A DNA stretch of 63,993 bases, filler included, from Craspedostauros australis (lineage: Eukaryota), in NCBI GenBank assembly GCA_030167865.1. It is 20 parts of 20 records of this genome, joined end to end, with 100 filler letters (N's around TTAATTAATTAA, not from the genome) between each part and the next. Parts side by side here need not be neighbours in the genome. Positions count along the whole stretch, not along the records: positions 10,218 to 27,705 come from JALAGF010001903.1; positions 27,806 to 30,349 come from JALAGF010001904.1; positions 30,450 to 34,155 come from JALAGF010001905.1; positions 34,256 to 35,516 come from JALAGF010001906.1; 16 more parts are not named here. One strand, 5' to 3'. Positions 24,901 through 35,616 of this stretch are shown one piece after another. Both the position numbers and the translations under genes were made by a program. The first letter of the stretch is position 1, and each line of letters opens with the position of its first letter. Under the pieces are notes generated by a model, which was given only the letters and a program-made list of their open reading frames with translations, had not been told where the DNA came from and did not search any database.

Positions 24901-25555
24901 GCTGAGCGGCGTTCTTCCTCTTCCTCTCAGTCGCACGAACCTTGTGGGTGTCCGCGAGTGCGGCGGAAGACTGCGGTGGAAGCCTGGGTGGCGGCATGGG
25001 AGAGACCGCGAGACTCCCCGCGAGAGGAAAGACGGGAAAGATGACATCGGCCAGCTGGGTGTTCCACTGCCGCTTCGTGTGCTCCGTCTTCTTGACATCG
25101 CGGAAGCCCTGCGCTGTCTTCTTCACGGCGCGGCAGTCTGACATGACGTACCAACAGTCGTCCCCGCCGTCCTTGCAGAGGAACCGACCACCGGACGCCT
25201 TCACGCGGTTCACGATCTCCATGTTGATGTCGTACTTGGTGATCTCGTTGGGCCGCTCGGTGATGGCCTTCTTGCTCGACCTCTTGCCCGACTTCTTCCT
25301 CGCCACTTTCATGCAGGCGGCAGCGATGTATCTGCCGTGGTTGGCGTGGATCAGCTCGCGGAAGGCCTGGTTCCCCCTCAGCTTCTTGTCGGTGGAGCGG
25401 CCGCAGATGATATCCTGGTCGGTGAACTCATCCAGACGGACCAGGATGGCATCTTCCTCGGACACCTCCACGTCGCCGTATTGTCCGTCGGATCTCTGGC
25501 GTTTGGCGCCCTTTTGCGAAATGGGTAACGATCCTCTCCGTTTCATGGGAGGCAT
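21998..25555 (-). CDS. Large protein with one clear and three degenerate DUF6824-like domains
   Basis: DIICGR..GNQAFRELI..KYDINMEIVNRVKASGGRFL..W..MSD..AVKKTAQGFRD matches the diatom-expanded DUF6824 pattern. Uninterrupted ORF of about 1190 aa from MPPMKRR. Confidence 0.8.
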   Translation of the reverse strand: MPPMKRRGSLPISQKGAKRQRSDGQYGDVEVSEEDAILVRLDEFTDQDIICGRSTDKKLRGNQAFRELIHANHGRYIAAACMKVARKKSGKRSSKKAITERPNEITKYDINMEIVNRVKASGGRFLCKDGGDDCWYVMSDCRAVKKTAQGFRDVKKTEHTKRQWNTQLADVIFPVFPLAGSLAVSPMPPPRLPPQSSAALADTHKVRATERKRKNAAQRIGKLARRAKPRRLTKRLVSHSNRRAAEPTQDGAVEPAFFANSQLLHTDVIVYYKPSADPEHSSVEPPDTHWPKPIYGYLIKHYASLIKRCSKTRQLELSISILQELRQTFDARFVANIPHPWDGRDAQSTQQRPKDTWRVMSDYEARRKIIDALLLPLSMAQSTHWAVPDFASSVPAPVPVPPLVSRDQLSSSHAQDAPMFKPIVDYHCHELRLFKSRFEPEPASPEPRSDTPDDEDPLMPEGVLRGWFQELQLTDVIVFYHEIRYSDDNPSSRARSPPPTSPGTRVMHGIIQWNARKLSKLKSSSHGSKAGEPSPTSQDYREAARGIALSLHKCNVGFYACILDPSPSHHLAAGIVCMSPYSWYKISKEMTIDWLMLQLEQAVETPGERGGNLPLPDESSFTSICQWLLPFSKLRPPSQQPPHAQDASLASTLLSMDRNRPSSNGIAPSNATFNIPTADEAMPSTFIDQKQRRHSGYLAFRWMLHNAYRERQSPKNPGGSQNRKVAMNLIQQIERTGGLFVERNVASAQPWVALCPTRRDAAVKMRFIKTFAYIRKSPATWEFGLGSLDFRDLCTCASEGWDASLPWPSRSSSSSPLSSLWTQAGHKIFARMPYETIRKKRAIAFTLPPSPLRASGHPRSKSGQSNGRGSAKGESGASTPAATQQGFVGRRRSFEVLDDATNRMVLANIFVPDKPELARVKSNYSTDDAASPLNECIRTAGTASDVLSTSIGVSKSPARAAARHCGSKPDMVHVVPQDSPQKHCAPPRGSFYATTPLTEELMRLDSRTFDTPEAELTRVTSLGMRVSSEAPSGPELLRRMTSWSPNIAYFPAAASSGALAEPTIERSNSRDDFAAPSWKSAASMHPRVSILDSKDLSAPVEMTQLLRPSSSLILPQDASLEDGGFGSTVALQRWQTSESFSHTMGYGPDSQTFPSLPQDPPLLTRSMSGCSRGSVQILDDSSSQG

Positions 25556-26918
25556 GATGGCAGATGGCAGTCTCAAAGCTTGGATGAGTTCCTGCGATGC
25601 TCGTGCGTCCCTCAAAGTGATGGTCTGCTGTTGCTGAGTTGAACTGGATTGAATTGAGTTGGAGTGAAGAACGATCAAACGAAAGAAGATGAGATGCAGC
25701 AGTGAGATCTCCTCCATTCAAAGTCCAAATTGGCGCGCACCTCCATGGCAACAAGCAGCAACAACCGCGCACCCAGGTCACGTCGCCTCGCATCATCATC
25801 ATCATCGTCGTCAGCGGAGAGCTCACTCACCGATTGTGCTTGCGATGTGATCGAGATTGTGTGTGCTTCTGCATACGAGTATTGTTGTGCTGTGGCTCTC
25901 TGTTGCATGCACTGTACGCTGCTTCTGTGTGGTTCGTGCTGCGATTTCGACAACACTTTCGCAAGTGGAAGGCGCAAAGTCCGAGTTGCACCCAGCAAGA
26001 TACTTATTCCACACAATCGCTGTCCCGTAGATGCGTCTGCGTGGCACATGATCGTGGAACGATAGTATTTATGACCCAAGACCGACGCTGCCGATCCGCA
26101 GAGAAGCAGCAAGCAAGATCGGCAGCACAGTTTGTCCCTCGCCAATCATCTTGCCAAGATCCGTGGGATGCCCCTCTCTGCATTCCATTCACAGTGTGCA
26201 TCCGATCGAACAGCCACGCGATCCGCCCGACAAGATTCTTGTTCGCGCCATTTTGTGGGCGAAAGCAGCGAAAAGCGTTCTCTGGCTAATTTTGTCGAAG
26301 ACTCCCACCGATTCTTGGCGCCAAGCAACCTTCTCAAAACTCCCACCAGCGCCCGACCAATCAGAGCACCAAGAAAAGGGAACCGAACCCACGCCAATGT
26401 TGCGAGAAGCACCAAGAAGGAGGAGAGGAAAGCGGATGCAACGGATGCTTCATCCACTTCCAAGACCACAGCTGCAAGACAGCGATGGGAGTGTGAGACA
26501 GAACACGTGGCGCGTCCGAAATGAAACCGTCTTGGTTGTGGCGTCGGCAAGCGAGAGAATAGGTGTGCCGATGTGTGCCTTTGCGGTGTCTCCAGCGAGA
26601 GAGAATGACAGAGATGAATGAGTGTCTTGGGAGACTGATCCGGGTACAGGTATAATACATTCGCGGTGTCGCAAGTGACAACTGCAATTCCGTTAAGTAC
26701 TCCATTCGTTCTTCCGGCGGTGTGGCGCTTGTGTGAGAGGTATCAAGACCCTCAGCATCCGCAAAAGAGAAAGGAATTCAGAGCTGAATGATGGTGGAAG
26801 TGCTTGCAATCGACATGATGACAAATAGTCCAACAAGAAGAAATGAGAGCACGGAGAACGCCTGAAAATGTTGCGGTAGCGTTCAAATGAGCGCGGTTGT
26901 TTGTCGCAACAAAAAATA

Positions 26919-26990
26919 TTCTCCTGCCCGGATTCGAACCGAGGATGCTTGATTCAAAGTCAAGAGTGATAACCACTTCACTACAGGAGA
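26919..26990 (-). tRNA. tRNA-Gln (TTG)
   Basis: Full cloverleaf: acceptor TCTCCTG/CAGGAGA, anticodon arm CTTGA-CTTTGAA-TCAAG, T-arm GGTTCGAATCC; followed by a T6 Pol III terminator. Confidence 0.93.
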
Positions 26991-27805
26991 ATCAATTTGG
27001 GATATGTGGTGAAAATGAATACTAAATAATGTGTGTTGTGGAAGCGCAGAAAAATTGAGAGGCTATTCCTTGTTGTCAAGCGCAACTACTGGGTGGACAG
27101 GGGAGTCGAGGACCATATATTCCCAACTATTATTCCATAAATGACGCACAGTTCGCGTGCGAGCTGATGACTGTCCCATGATCTTGGTTGTCAGGGCAAC
27201 CTCGGCAGTGTTCGCTGGCCAGATTATGACGTGGGAGGAAGCTCTTGCCTCAAAGAGCCGGCTGTAACCAATTTTTTTGGTTACAGTTGGTTACAGTTGG
27301 TTACAAGAATAATGTCGTGTAGATCGTGGTACACGTTCTACGTAAGTCCCGAACAAAAAAGGCCAAAAACAGCATCAACCAAAGTTAAACTCTCCGGACT
27401 TAGCTCGTATGGACCATCCTGTACTCGTCTCTCTATAGTAGCATCATATGGCGTTTATATATACAAAACTAAAGTTTGGTGTCTGTTGCTCTCTTGCTCG
27501 GTGAGCACTGATGCCATTCATCAAGCACCCCCATCATTCACGGACGTTTTTGGCTTCTGATTGCCATGTTTTCTTATTCTGATTGGTCCAAAGAAGTGTT
27601 CCAACCATCGCTGACGTCACGATGACGCAGGTGTTGGAACCAGATTTCTCCAAACTTGCCACCGAAATTGGGGATCCGAGTGGTCAAATATCATTCCGAC
27701 CTCCANNNNNNNNNNNNNNNNNNNNNNNNNNNNNNNNNNNNNNNNNNNNTTAATTAATTAANNNNNNNNNNNNNNNNNNNNNNNNNNNNNNNNNNNNNNN
27801 NNNNN

Positions 27806-28165
27806 GAGTGGGGCACCGCACTGGTTGATGGTGAAGACCATGAGGAGGACCATGAACTGACGTCCCATGAGGTAGCGGTCGAGGTTGTCGCCCTTGTGGG
27901 CGAGGGAGGTGCACTTGTGGCTGGTTGGGTGGGATTCGACGTAGAGGTCGCGGTCGACTGGTGGGAGACCCACGAGGGAACCCTGTCCTCCCTCCACCAT
28001 GTTGAGCCAGACGAGGGCCGTGATCATGATGATGACGGCGACCACTGGGTGGACCTCGGACGAGACCTTGGTCTGCTCATTGAAGATGAGTCCGCAGACG
28101 ATGGTGATCGAGAAGATGAGGAGTCCGGTGGAGTACACCGACTTGATGAGCTGAATGGGATCCAT
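27806..28165 (-). CDS. SIT: Silicic acid transporter, N-terminal part (3' truncated)
   Basis: Diagnostic GXQ motifs MVEGGQGSLVGL and GDNLDRYLMGRQFMV within hydrophobic helices. Confidence 0.95.
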
Positions 28166-28776
28166 CTTGCTTGTTGTTGTGTTGCTTGTTGATACTCTGG
28201 TTGTTGCTGTGATTGAGCGTTGCAGAGATTGCAAGATCTGAGATTGTGAGCACGACAATGTCAGGTCCGATAGATGCTGCGAATTTGCCTATTGTCGCCT
28301 GTGGTTGTCTGGTATGTCTCTGTATTAGTACGTGATGCTGGTTGTTCCCACATTTTCCTGGTCGCTTCTGCTCCTGCTTCTGCTTGACTTGCCATTCCTT
28401 TGCTTTCGTTTGTGTTTGTTGTTTGATTTTGAAAAGATGAGCGAAGCAAGGTCTTAGTCCGCAAAATGGAATCGGTGACGGCTGGCGTCAGCGTCGCGTC
28501 GGTCATATTTGTATGTAACATTCATGTGTTATTATATGTTAATACACAAGTTAACGTCAATTAACCATTGGGCCGAAACGCGATAGCCTGTGAACACCAT
28601 TGTTTCGAACTCGAACGGACAAATCAGAGCCGACCTGACACACATCCGTTCGAGCTGAAAGAGCATCGAGTCCCGGGCGTGACTGATGCCGCAACCAACA
28701 GAAGCAAGCTAGAGAATATCGGAACATACCCTCTAGTACAAGGTACATGGTCTAGAGAGCACTCCATTCCACTCCA

Positions 28777-28822
28777 GCCTGCCTGCCTGCCTGCCTGCCT
28801 GCCTACCTACCTACCTACCTAC
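28777..28822. repeat. Compound microsatellite (GCCT)n(ACCT)n
   Basis: Read directly from the sequence. Confidence 0.9.
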
Positions 28823-29269
28823 TGAAGGCGACATCTGGTTTGAACTTTGAAGGTCACTGCGCCCATGGGCGAAAACAACGTTGCTTCGACCAAACCAAAC
28901 TACTCCGCTGTCCTCTACTCCGCTCGCAATTGTTGCGCTCGCTCGTATGGCCGTGTGCAGTCGCCCACCGTTGGTGTGTGCTCGGCTCTGTGTGTGTAGC
29001 TCGTACTACGTGGCATATGGTACGATCTACGAGTGTTTCCACCAAGCGGCACGGACTCTCTCCGCTCGCACCATGACCTCGATCAACAACCCTCACAAGT
29101 ACAAATGCAAGTGCAAGTACAGGTATGAATGAGATCTCTGGGGGAAATTGATGATCGTTCACTTCCATGAATTAAGTACCGAACATATGATGGTATTTTG
29201 AGTTTGATGCCGACATGGCCATTCGCAAGTATGGCTTTCGCATCGACAAGGTGCGCAAAGGTTGACAGC

Positions 29270-30349
29270 TCAACCATCGAAGCAGCCCGGTGGGGTTGGG
29301 CAGATGGATGGGTCGGCGCTCAAAATGCCTTCCCTGTTGGCTCTGGCATATTCGACGACCCTCTTCGCATTCACCACCTCCCCGTCCATCTCAGCAAGCG
29401 TTGCGCCGACGATGAAACCGCAGAGGCGACTCGCTCCGGATGCACGCGGCTGCTCCAACAAGTCACAGAAGGTATCAAAATAGAGGGTACCCTTCATGTG
29501 AGCAAAAAAGTATCCCTCCAACGCATTGCGGATGGCATCACGTTCGGTAATATAGAAATCGTTGTCGATCGGCGTTTCCGGAGCCAACCCGGGAGGATTT
29601 GTGCTGGAAACTGGTTCAACAACGGTCATGAAGAATATGGGGAAGAGATTGGCGATGGCCCTCTCCAGGATGAAGGTTGATGCGATATCCGTTTCTGCCA
29701 ACCTATCCATTAAACCGTCTCCAAGACCGATGGAAGCGGTGGAGTATTGCTGGACGGTCCTGGCGCCGGATGAATCGATAATTGGCTCGATAAGCGTTCC
29801 TGCGTCGGTCAGTAGCCCATTAACAGTCCCGTCGGACGTGAGCAGAGGGTTGTCGAAACCATCTGGCAGCCCCATCTGGACCCCTGCCTGCAGCTGCAGG
29901 ATGAGTTCGTCGGTGACGGTTGGAGAACCGGCGAAGGTTTCCTTCAGCAAGGCTGTATTTTCCAGAAGTTGTCCCTTCACACCTTGCATTTGGATCCTTG
30001 CCACTTGCGTGTTGTCGATGGCAGGATCCAGCGACCAAAACTCGATGAGCCTCTTGAGAGTAACGCAAGCCGTCTCAGTGAATTCCCCATTTCGTCCGAT
30101 CCCTGGATTGCCGTCCACGCAGGCATCGACACCAACAACCGCGTTCAGTAAGGTGGCAAGCGTGCTGTCCGAAATACGGATAGGAATGGCGGTGGCTCCA
30201 GCCAGTTGCTCGATGAGTTGCATGCTTTGAATTTGACCGAGTTGCTCGTAGTACCAAGCAGAGGCGCTGCGCCTCCATGCCTCCGGGTCAGCCCCTGGTT
30301 GATTGGGCGGGAATTCTCCTTTCTTGGAGCCCTTGGATTGGGAGCCGCC
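29270..30349 (-). CDS. Unknown protein (5' truncated), family ending SICPTPPGC
   Basis: Frame is open from the contig edge (GGSQSKGSKKGEFPP..) for about 360 codons; paralogue at 10218-10475. Confidence 0.75.
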   Translation of the reverse strand, partial: GGSQSKGSKKGEFPPNQPGADPEAWRRSASAWYYEQLGQIQSMQLIEQLAGATAIPIRISDSTLATLLNAVVGVDACVDGNPGIGRNGEFTETACVTLKRLIEFWSLDPAIDNTQVARIQMQGVKGQLLENTALLKETFAGSPTVTDELILQLQAGVQMGLPDGFDNPLLTSDGTVNGLLTDAGTLIEPIIDSSGARTVQQYSTASIGLGDGLMDRLAETDIASTFILERAIANLFPIFFMTVVEPVSSTNPPGLAPETPIDNDFYITERDAIRNALEGYFFAHMKGTLYFDTFCDLLEQPRASGASRLCGFIVGATLAEMDGEVVNAKRVVEYARANREGILSADPSICPTPPGCFDG

Positions 30350-31279
30350 NNNNNNNNNNNNNNNNNNNNNNNNNNNNNNNNNNNNNNNNNNNNTTAATTA
30401 ATTAANNNNNNNNNNNNNNNNNNNNNNNNNNNNNNNNNNNNNNNNNNNNAAGAGGGATGTGTGTTGCGTACAACTCAGAGCACACCCATTAACGATCCTA
30501 CCATCCTTTGGTCTCAACAAGTGATGCGATAACTGCAACGAAGCATTCAGATCATATCAGTCTAAACTCGAACTATATTCTACAGAAGAGAAGCCGATTC
30601 AGTCATGTTGGTCGTCTTTCTGAGTAGGTCACGAACGAGTCATGAGTACCAATGTGAAATCCGAACGTGAGTGCCACATGTGACATGAATGGAGGGGTGT
30701 GAATGTGAAATGCGATATCCCTCTACTGAAACCAAATCTCACTAAGAATCTTTATTTGGAATTGCCGTTGTTTGTTTATCATTTGGGCGAAACAAATCCC
30801 GATTCGTTGGTGTGTTGATTTGTGTGTCCAAGGAGGAAGGGGATGTGAAGGTAGCGAAACGCATTTTTCGTCCCTGATCGTGTTCGGACTCAAACATCTT
30901 TGGCGTATGGTGCAGCTGTTCGCAGTACGAGCGACTTGTGGGTGCCGGTGATGTCCGAGCCAAGACCGATCGAGACCGACACGGGACGATGCCAACACAA
31001 ACACGGAAGGACGAAACAACAACGCACAAAAACACACAACAACACAGAATTCTCCAAAACCCTCCACGAACCAGCGAAGCCTGTTCAAAGTGCCTCGAAA
31101 ACTCTGCAGATCGCACTTGGTTGACTCCAACATACCTGAGGCGAGAGGACTCTTCATCCCACAACAACAACAACGACAACGACGACGACGGTGACGACCT
31201 CCAGCATAAACGACGAAGGACAGAACTCCACTTCGCTCGACTCAACTCCACCGAACTCCCCTTGTTAGACGCCACCGTG

Positions 31280-34155
31280 ATGGACGACCGCAAGCCACCA
31301 CCAAGGAGCCCCGCCGATGACAAAGAACGCAATGGCGTGATGGAGAAGCAAGACAACGATGGCGCCGCCAGTGCTGCTGAAGACAGAAAGCCTGCAGCCC
31401 GCCGTCGGGAGGTCCGCATCGGTCGAGACCGAGATGGACAACGTCGCAGCGGTGCACCGGCCAGGACCAACGCCGACGCTGACGCCAAGGCAAAGGCCAG
31501 GGCTGGAGCGCAACGTGCTGCCGGTCTGCTCCCACCCAGCGGCATGTCCTCCATCGCCAGCGGATGCTTCTCCCCCATTGGATCGGAGCAACCGAAGTCA
31601 GGACCTCCACGAGCGTCAGGATCAGCATCAGTCGTTCCGCCTCCGCCACCGCTGCGACCAGGAGCCGTTTCTGTACCGGGCGTTGACGCATCGAGAGAGG
31701 ACATCGCAGCTTTCAATGAGTCCAATGCGTCCAATGCGTACAAAATGTCGCAGAAGGTCGGGGCTATCCCTACGTCCCTCAGGACCACCGAGGCATCCAT
31801 TGGCACACGGACCGCCGGTGGCACAGGCATCCTCGATAGGAGCAAGTTTGGATTCCCCAGAGGCTCGCGACTGTCGCAACGGGATTCCAATCCCAGCAGA
31901 GCCGCTATGCCCAGTCGCAACTCAGTTGAAACAAACGAGGAGGAGGATGACGAGGAACTATTGCAGCCAATGGATGACATGCTTCAGACCGTCCCGAGCC
32001 AACCAGGCGCCACTTCAATTGTCGACAACTTGCGCCAGTCCACAGCCTCCACCTTCTCCGCCGATCTGTCCCATACGCCACCGGTCTCGGAGGTGCATCA
32101 GAATGCGCCTTCCGACGTCTCCGTCTTCACCATGGACCAGACCGAAGGCCTGTCCACGATCGCCACACCCATCACAGCCCAGCTGGCTCCAACCGAAGAG
32201 GACGTGGCGGATCGTGTCAAGGAGCGTCTCGAGAAGGAGTTCGCGGAGCGCATGGAAACGCAGTTACAGGAGCGCATGGAAGCGCAGGTACAGGAGCGCA
32301 TGCGCTTGGAGAAAGCGCACAATGGCGGCAGCACGGCCCCGAGTGTCGCAGTTGTCACCGCCGAAGCGGTGGAGGTCACGAAGGACGACGAAAACAGCAA
32401 CTCCGGCAGTCAAAGCAGGCGCAGAACGTGCATTGGCATCATCGTCGCTTTGGTGCTGGCAGGGATCGGCGCTGGAGTCGGCGTGGCACTATCAGGCGGC
32501 AGCTCCAACAGCCCCTCCAACGCCGACAACAGATCTCTCGTGACATCGGCACCAACCGCAGCTCCCATCGCATCATCGAGCCCGACCTTCACACCGCAGA
32601 CAGCAGAATTCGACACGCTTGTCAATCGTCTGGCGCAGATACTGGAAGGTGAACCGGCAAACACTGGGCGCGAAGTACTGGAGGACCGATCCACTACACA
32701 GTACAGAGCATTGGATTGGCTCGCAAATCAAGACGTCGCAAAGATTGACCTGGCCTCCGCGCCCATATCCGAACTCCTCGAACGCTACGCACTCGCCGTT
32801 CTGTACTACACGACCGGAGGCGAGGACAAGTGGGGGAACAAATTCAATTTTCTTACCAACAGCAGCGTCTGCGAATGGGGCGATGTCAGTGGTGACATCT
32901 TCGGCGGCATTGTTTCGTGTGACGAAGCCGGCAGGGTGACTGAGGCAAGGTTTGAGTCCAACTTCATGACTGGCACCATTCCGAAAGAGCTCTTCCTCCT
33001 CGAACAGCTCACCAGCTTGTACATCGTCAACAACGTCATCACTGGAACGCTGCCAACCGAAATTGGTCTATTAACAACCTTGATGGACCTCGCGATATTC
33101 TCCCTCCCGTTGTCCGGCCCGATGCCCACGGAGATCGGCCGTCTGGCCAACTTGACGGAAGCTCGATTGGATAAAATTGGTTTCACCGGCACGCTTCCGT
33201 CCGAGATTGGCAACCTGCAATTACTTCAGCGGCTGGATATCTCCGAAAACTCCCTGACAGGCGCGTTGCCGACCGACGTCGGTAAGATGCAAGCCCTGAT
33301 CAGCCTGCAGATCTTTCAGAACAAATTCAACGGGACAGTCCCAGTCGAGTGGGGCCAGCTTACCAACCTGCAGAGTCTCGGTGTGGAGCGAAACAAATTG
33401 CAGGGCAACTTGGATCCAATCTTTTGCTCAGGCTTGCATCTCGACCTTTATGACTTCTACTCAGATTGCGTTGCCACTGACGATGGTGGGATTCCAGCAG
33501 AAACGACATGTTCCTGCTGCTCGAACTGCTGCGATGCCGCGGACAACTGCTGCAGCACTGAGACAGAGTGTCCCATCTTGAATGTCGAGAAGATGAACAG
33601 CATACTCGCCATATTGGAACCACATCTGCAGGGCGATCCAATCTTTACGGACCCGTTGGTGTTCAACGATATCGAAAGCCTGCAATACCGCGCGCTGGAC
33701 TGGTTGGCAAATCACGATTTCTTCTATCTCGACCTCGCCAACACTGCAGATGAGGTGGTCGTGGAGAGATACGCCTTGGCTGTGTTCTACTATGCCACTA
33801 CCAACGATGGGCCTTGGGAAACGACTGCTCCTGTTTTGTCGCCTTCATCCATTTGTGATTGGTGGAATGAGGAAGGTATCCAATGCGACGCCGATGGCTA
33901 CGTCACCTCCATCATCCTCTCAGACTCAAATGTGGACAGTGACCAGCTTCCGTCCGAGATTGCTCTTTTCGAAAACTTGACCATCTTCGATTGCTCCGAC
34001 AATTTCATCCACGGGTCCCTCCCGACAGAAATTGGAAAGCTGGCTTGGCTTGAGGAGCTCAAACTCTCATCTAACTTCATGTCTGGCACGATCCCGACGG
34101 AATATGGAGACCTTTCGAGTCTCAGACTTCTCGATCTCAGTTTGAACTTCTTCAA
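31280..34155 (+). CDS. Type II membrane leucine-rich-repeat protein (plant-type LRRs), 3' truncated
   Basis: Disordered N-terminus with PGA motifs, TM IGIIVALVLAGIGAGVGVAL, cap ALDWLAN..ERYALAVLYY..W..SVCEW, repeats LxxNxLTGxLPTEIG, Cys cluster, then a second cap and LRRs. Confidence 0.9.
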
Positions 34156-34623
34156 NNNNNNNNNNNNNNNNNNNNNNNNNNNNNNNNNNNNNNNNNNNNT
34201 TAATTAATTAANNNNNNNNNNNNNNNNNNNNNNNNNNNNNNNNNNNNNNNNNNNNTGTCGCCGTGCACATCCCCAGTGTTCCCACCACTCCACCAAACTC
34301 CCAATTCATCCATCGTTCCATCATTCCATCGTTCCATCAACACCTCAAGAAGAGCTCCTCTTTTGGCATTCAACAGAAGCCTGGGATTGGAGGCATCGCA
34401 ACCATTGCTCTTTCCTCCCCTCCACATCCGCATACACATACACATACCCTGGAGCATGGATGAGTTGAAGTGCACGAGTACAGAGTAGACGATAAAGACG
34501 AGGGGCAACAGAGCTTCCTCTGCGAGTACTCTGCCCTACAAGCAGACCAGACTGAACTACATACAACAGATCACAGCAGATCACAACAGCTCAGATCACA
34601 ACAGAACAAACCCAAGCTGAAAG

Positions 34624-35516
34624 ATGTGGTTGGACAAGCTTCTGGGGTCGCTTCCATCCCGGTCACCGCAGCAGCAGTCGTACTTGGGTGATCTCGTCGA
34701 TATTGGTGTGGATGAAGGCATGGCAATTGACATTGACATAGATGCTGACATTGATGCTGACATTGATACTGACGCTGATGTGGATGATAGGGGAGATTGG
34801 GACGCCCATCATCGCCATCGTCATCGTCATCATGGGAATCAACATCGTCATCAACAGTACCATGGATACCAATATGAGCAACAAACTCAAGCGGGGCGTA
34901 TGCACCATGGTGGACAGGACAAGCGCAGGAAGGAGGTGCCTACCAAGTATGCTAGGGAAGCAGCAGCAGCAGCAGCAGAAGCAGAAGCAACACTGCCAGC
35001 AAAAACCGCAGCAGTCACAGCAACAGCTTCAGTGTCGGCGTCGGCATCGGCAGCACTCCCGATCTCCATGGAAGAATCGAAGGAGATGACGAAGTTCCGA
35101 TTCTTGCAGTGCTTCCTCTTCGACATGAACTTCCACCAACCAATGTCAGAGGGTCTTTTCCATTCCCACTCACATTCGCATCTGGACTCTGAAGTGCGAG
35201 GATATGAACAAGCAGAGTCGAGGGCAGATGCACATCCTGATTCACATGCACATTCACATGCAGATACGGATGGAGATGCATCGTCGCAATACAGCCAACA
35301 GCATGAGCATGAATATGTGCATGAATATGTACATGAACGGGGCCAAGCGCAAAGACACGAACGTCAAGGTGGAACTGATCAAAGACGTCAGCGTGGGCAC
35401 CAGCATGAAGCACACATTGGTGTCAAGTCGGGTATCAGACAGAGATCGGAACATGCCGTCCACAGCCAACGTGTTGATTACTCGCATCTCCCGAATCATG
35501 CGCATCATGCACGCCA
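34624..35516 (+). CDS. Low-complexity His/Asp/Gln-rich ORF, unknown, 3' truncated
   Basis: Open for about 300 codons to the contig edge; no domain recognised. Confidence 0.45.
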
Positions 35517-35616
35517 NNNNNNNNNNNNNNNNNNNNNNNNNNNNNNNNNNNNNNNNNNNNTTAATTAATTAANNNNNNNNNNNNNNNNNNNNNNNNNNNN
35601 NNNNNNNNNNNNNNNN

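Noticed and set aside
30742..31980. 412-aa minus-strand ORF (and similar long antisense ORFs in the kinesin, DUF6824 and GPCR genes)
   Set aside because: Antisense shadows of GC3-rich genes.
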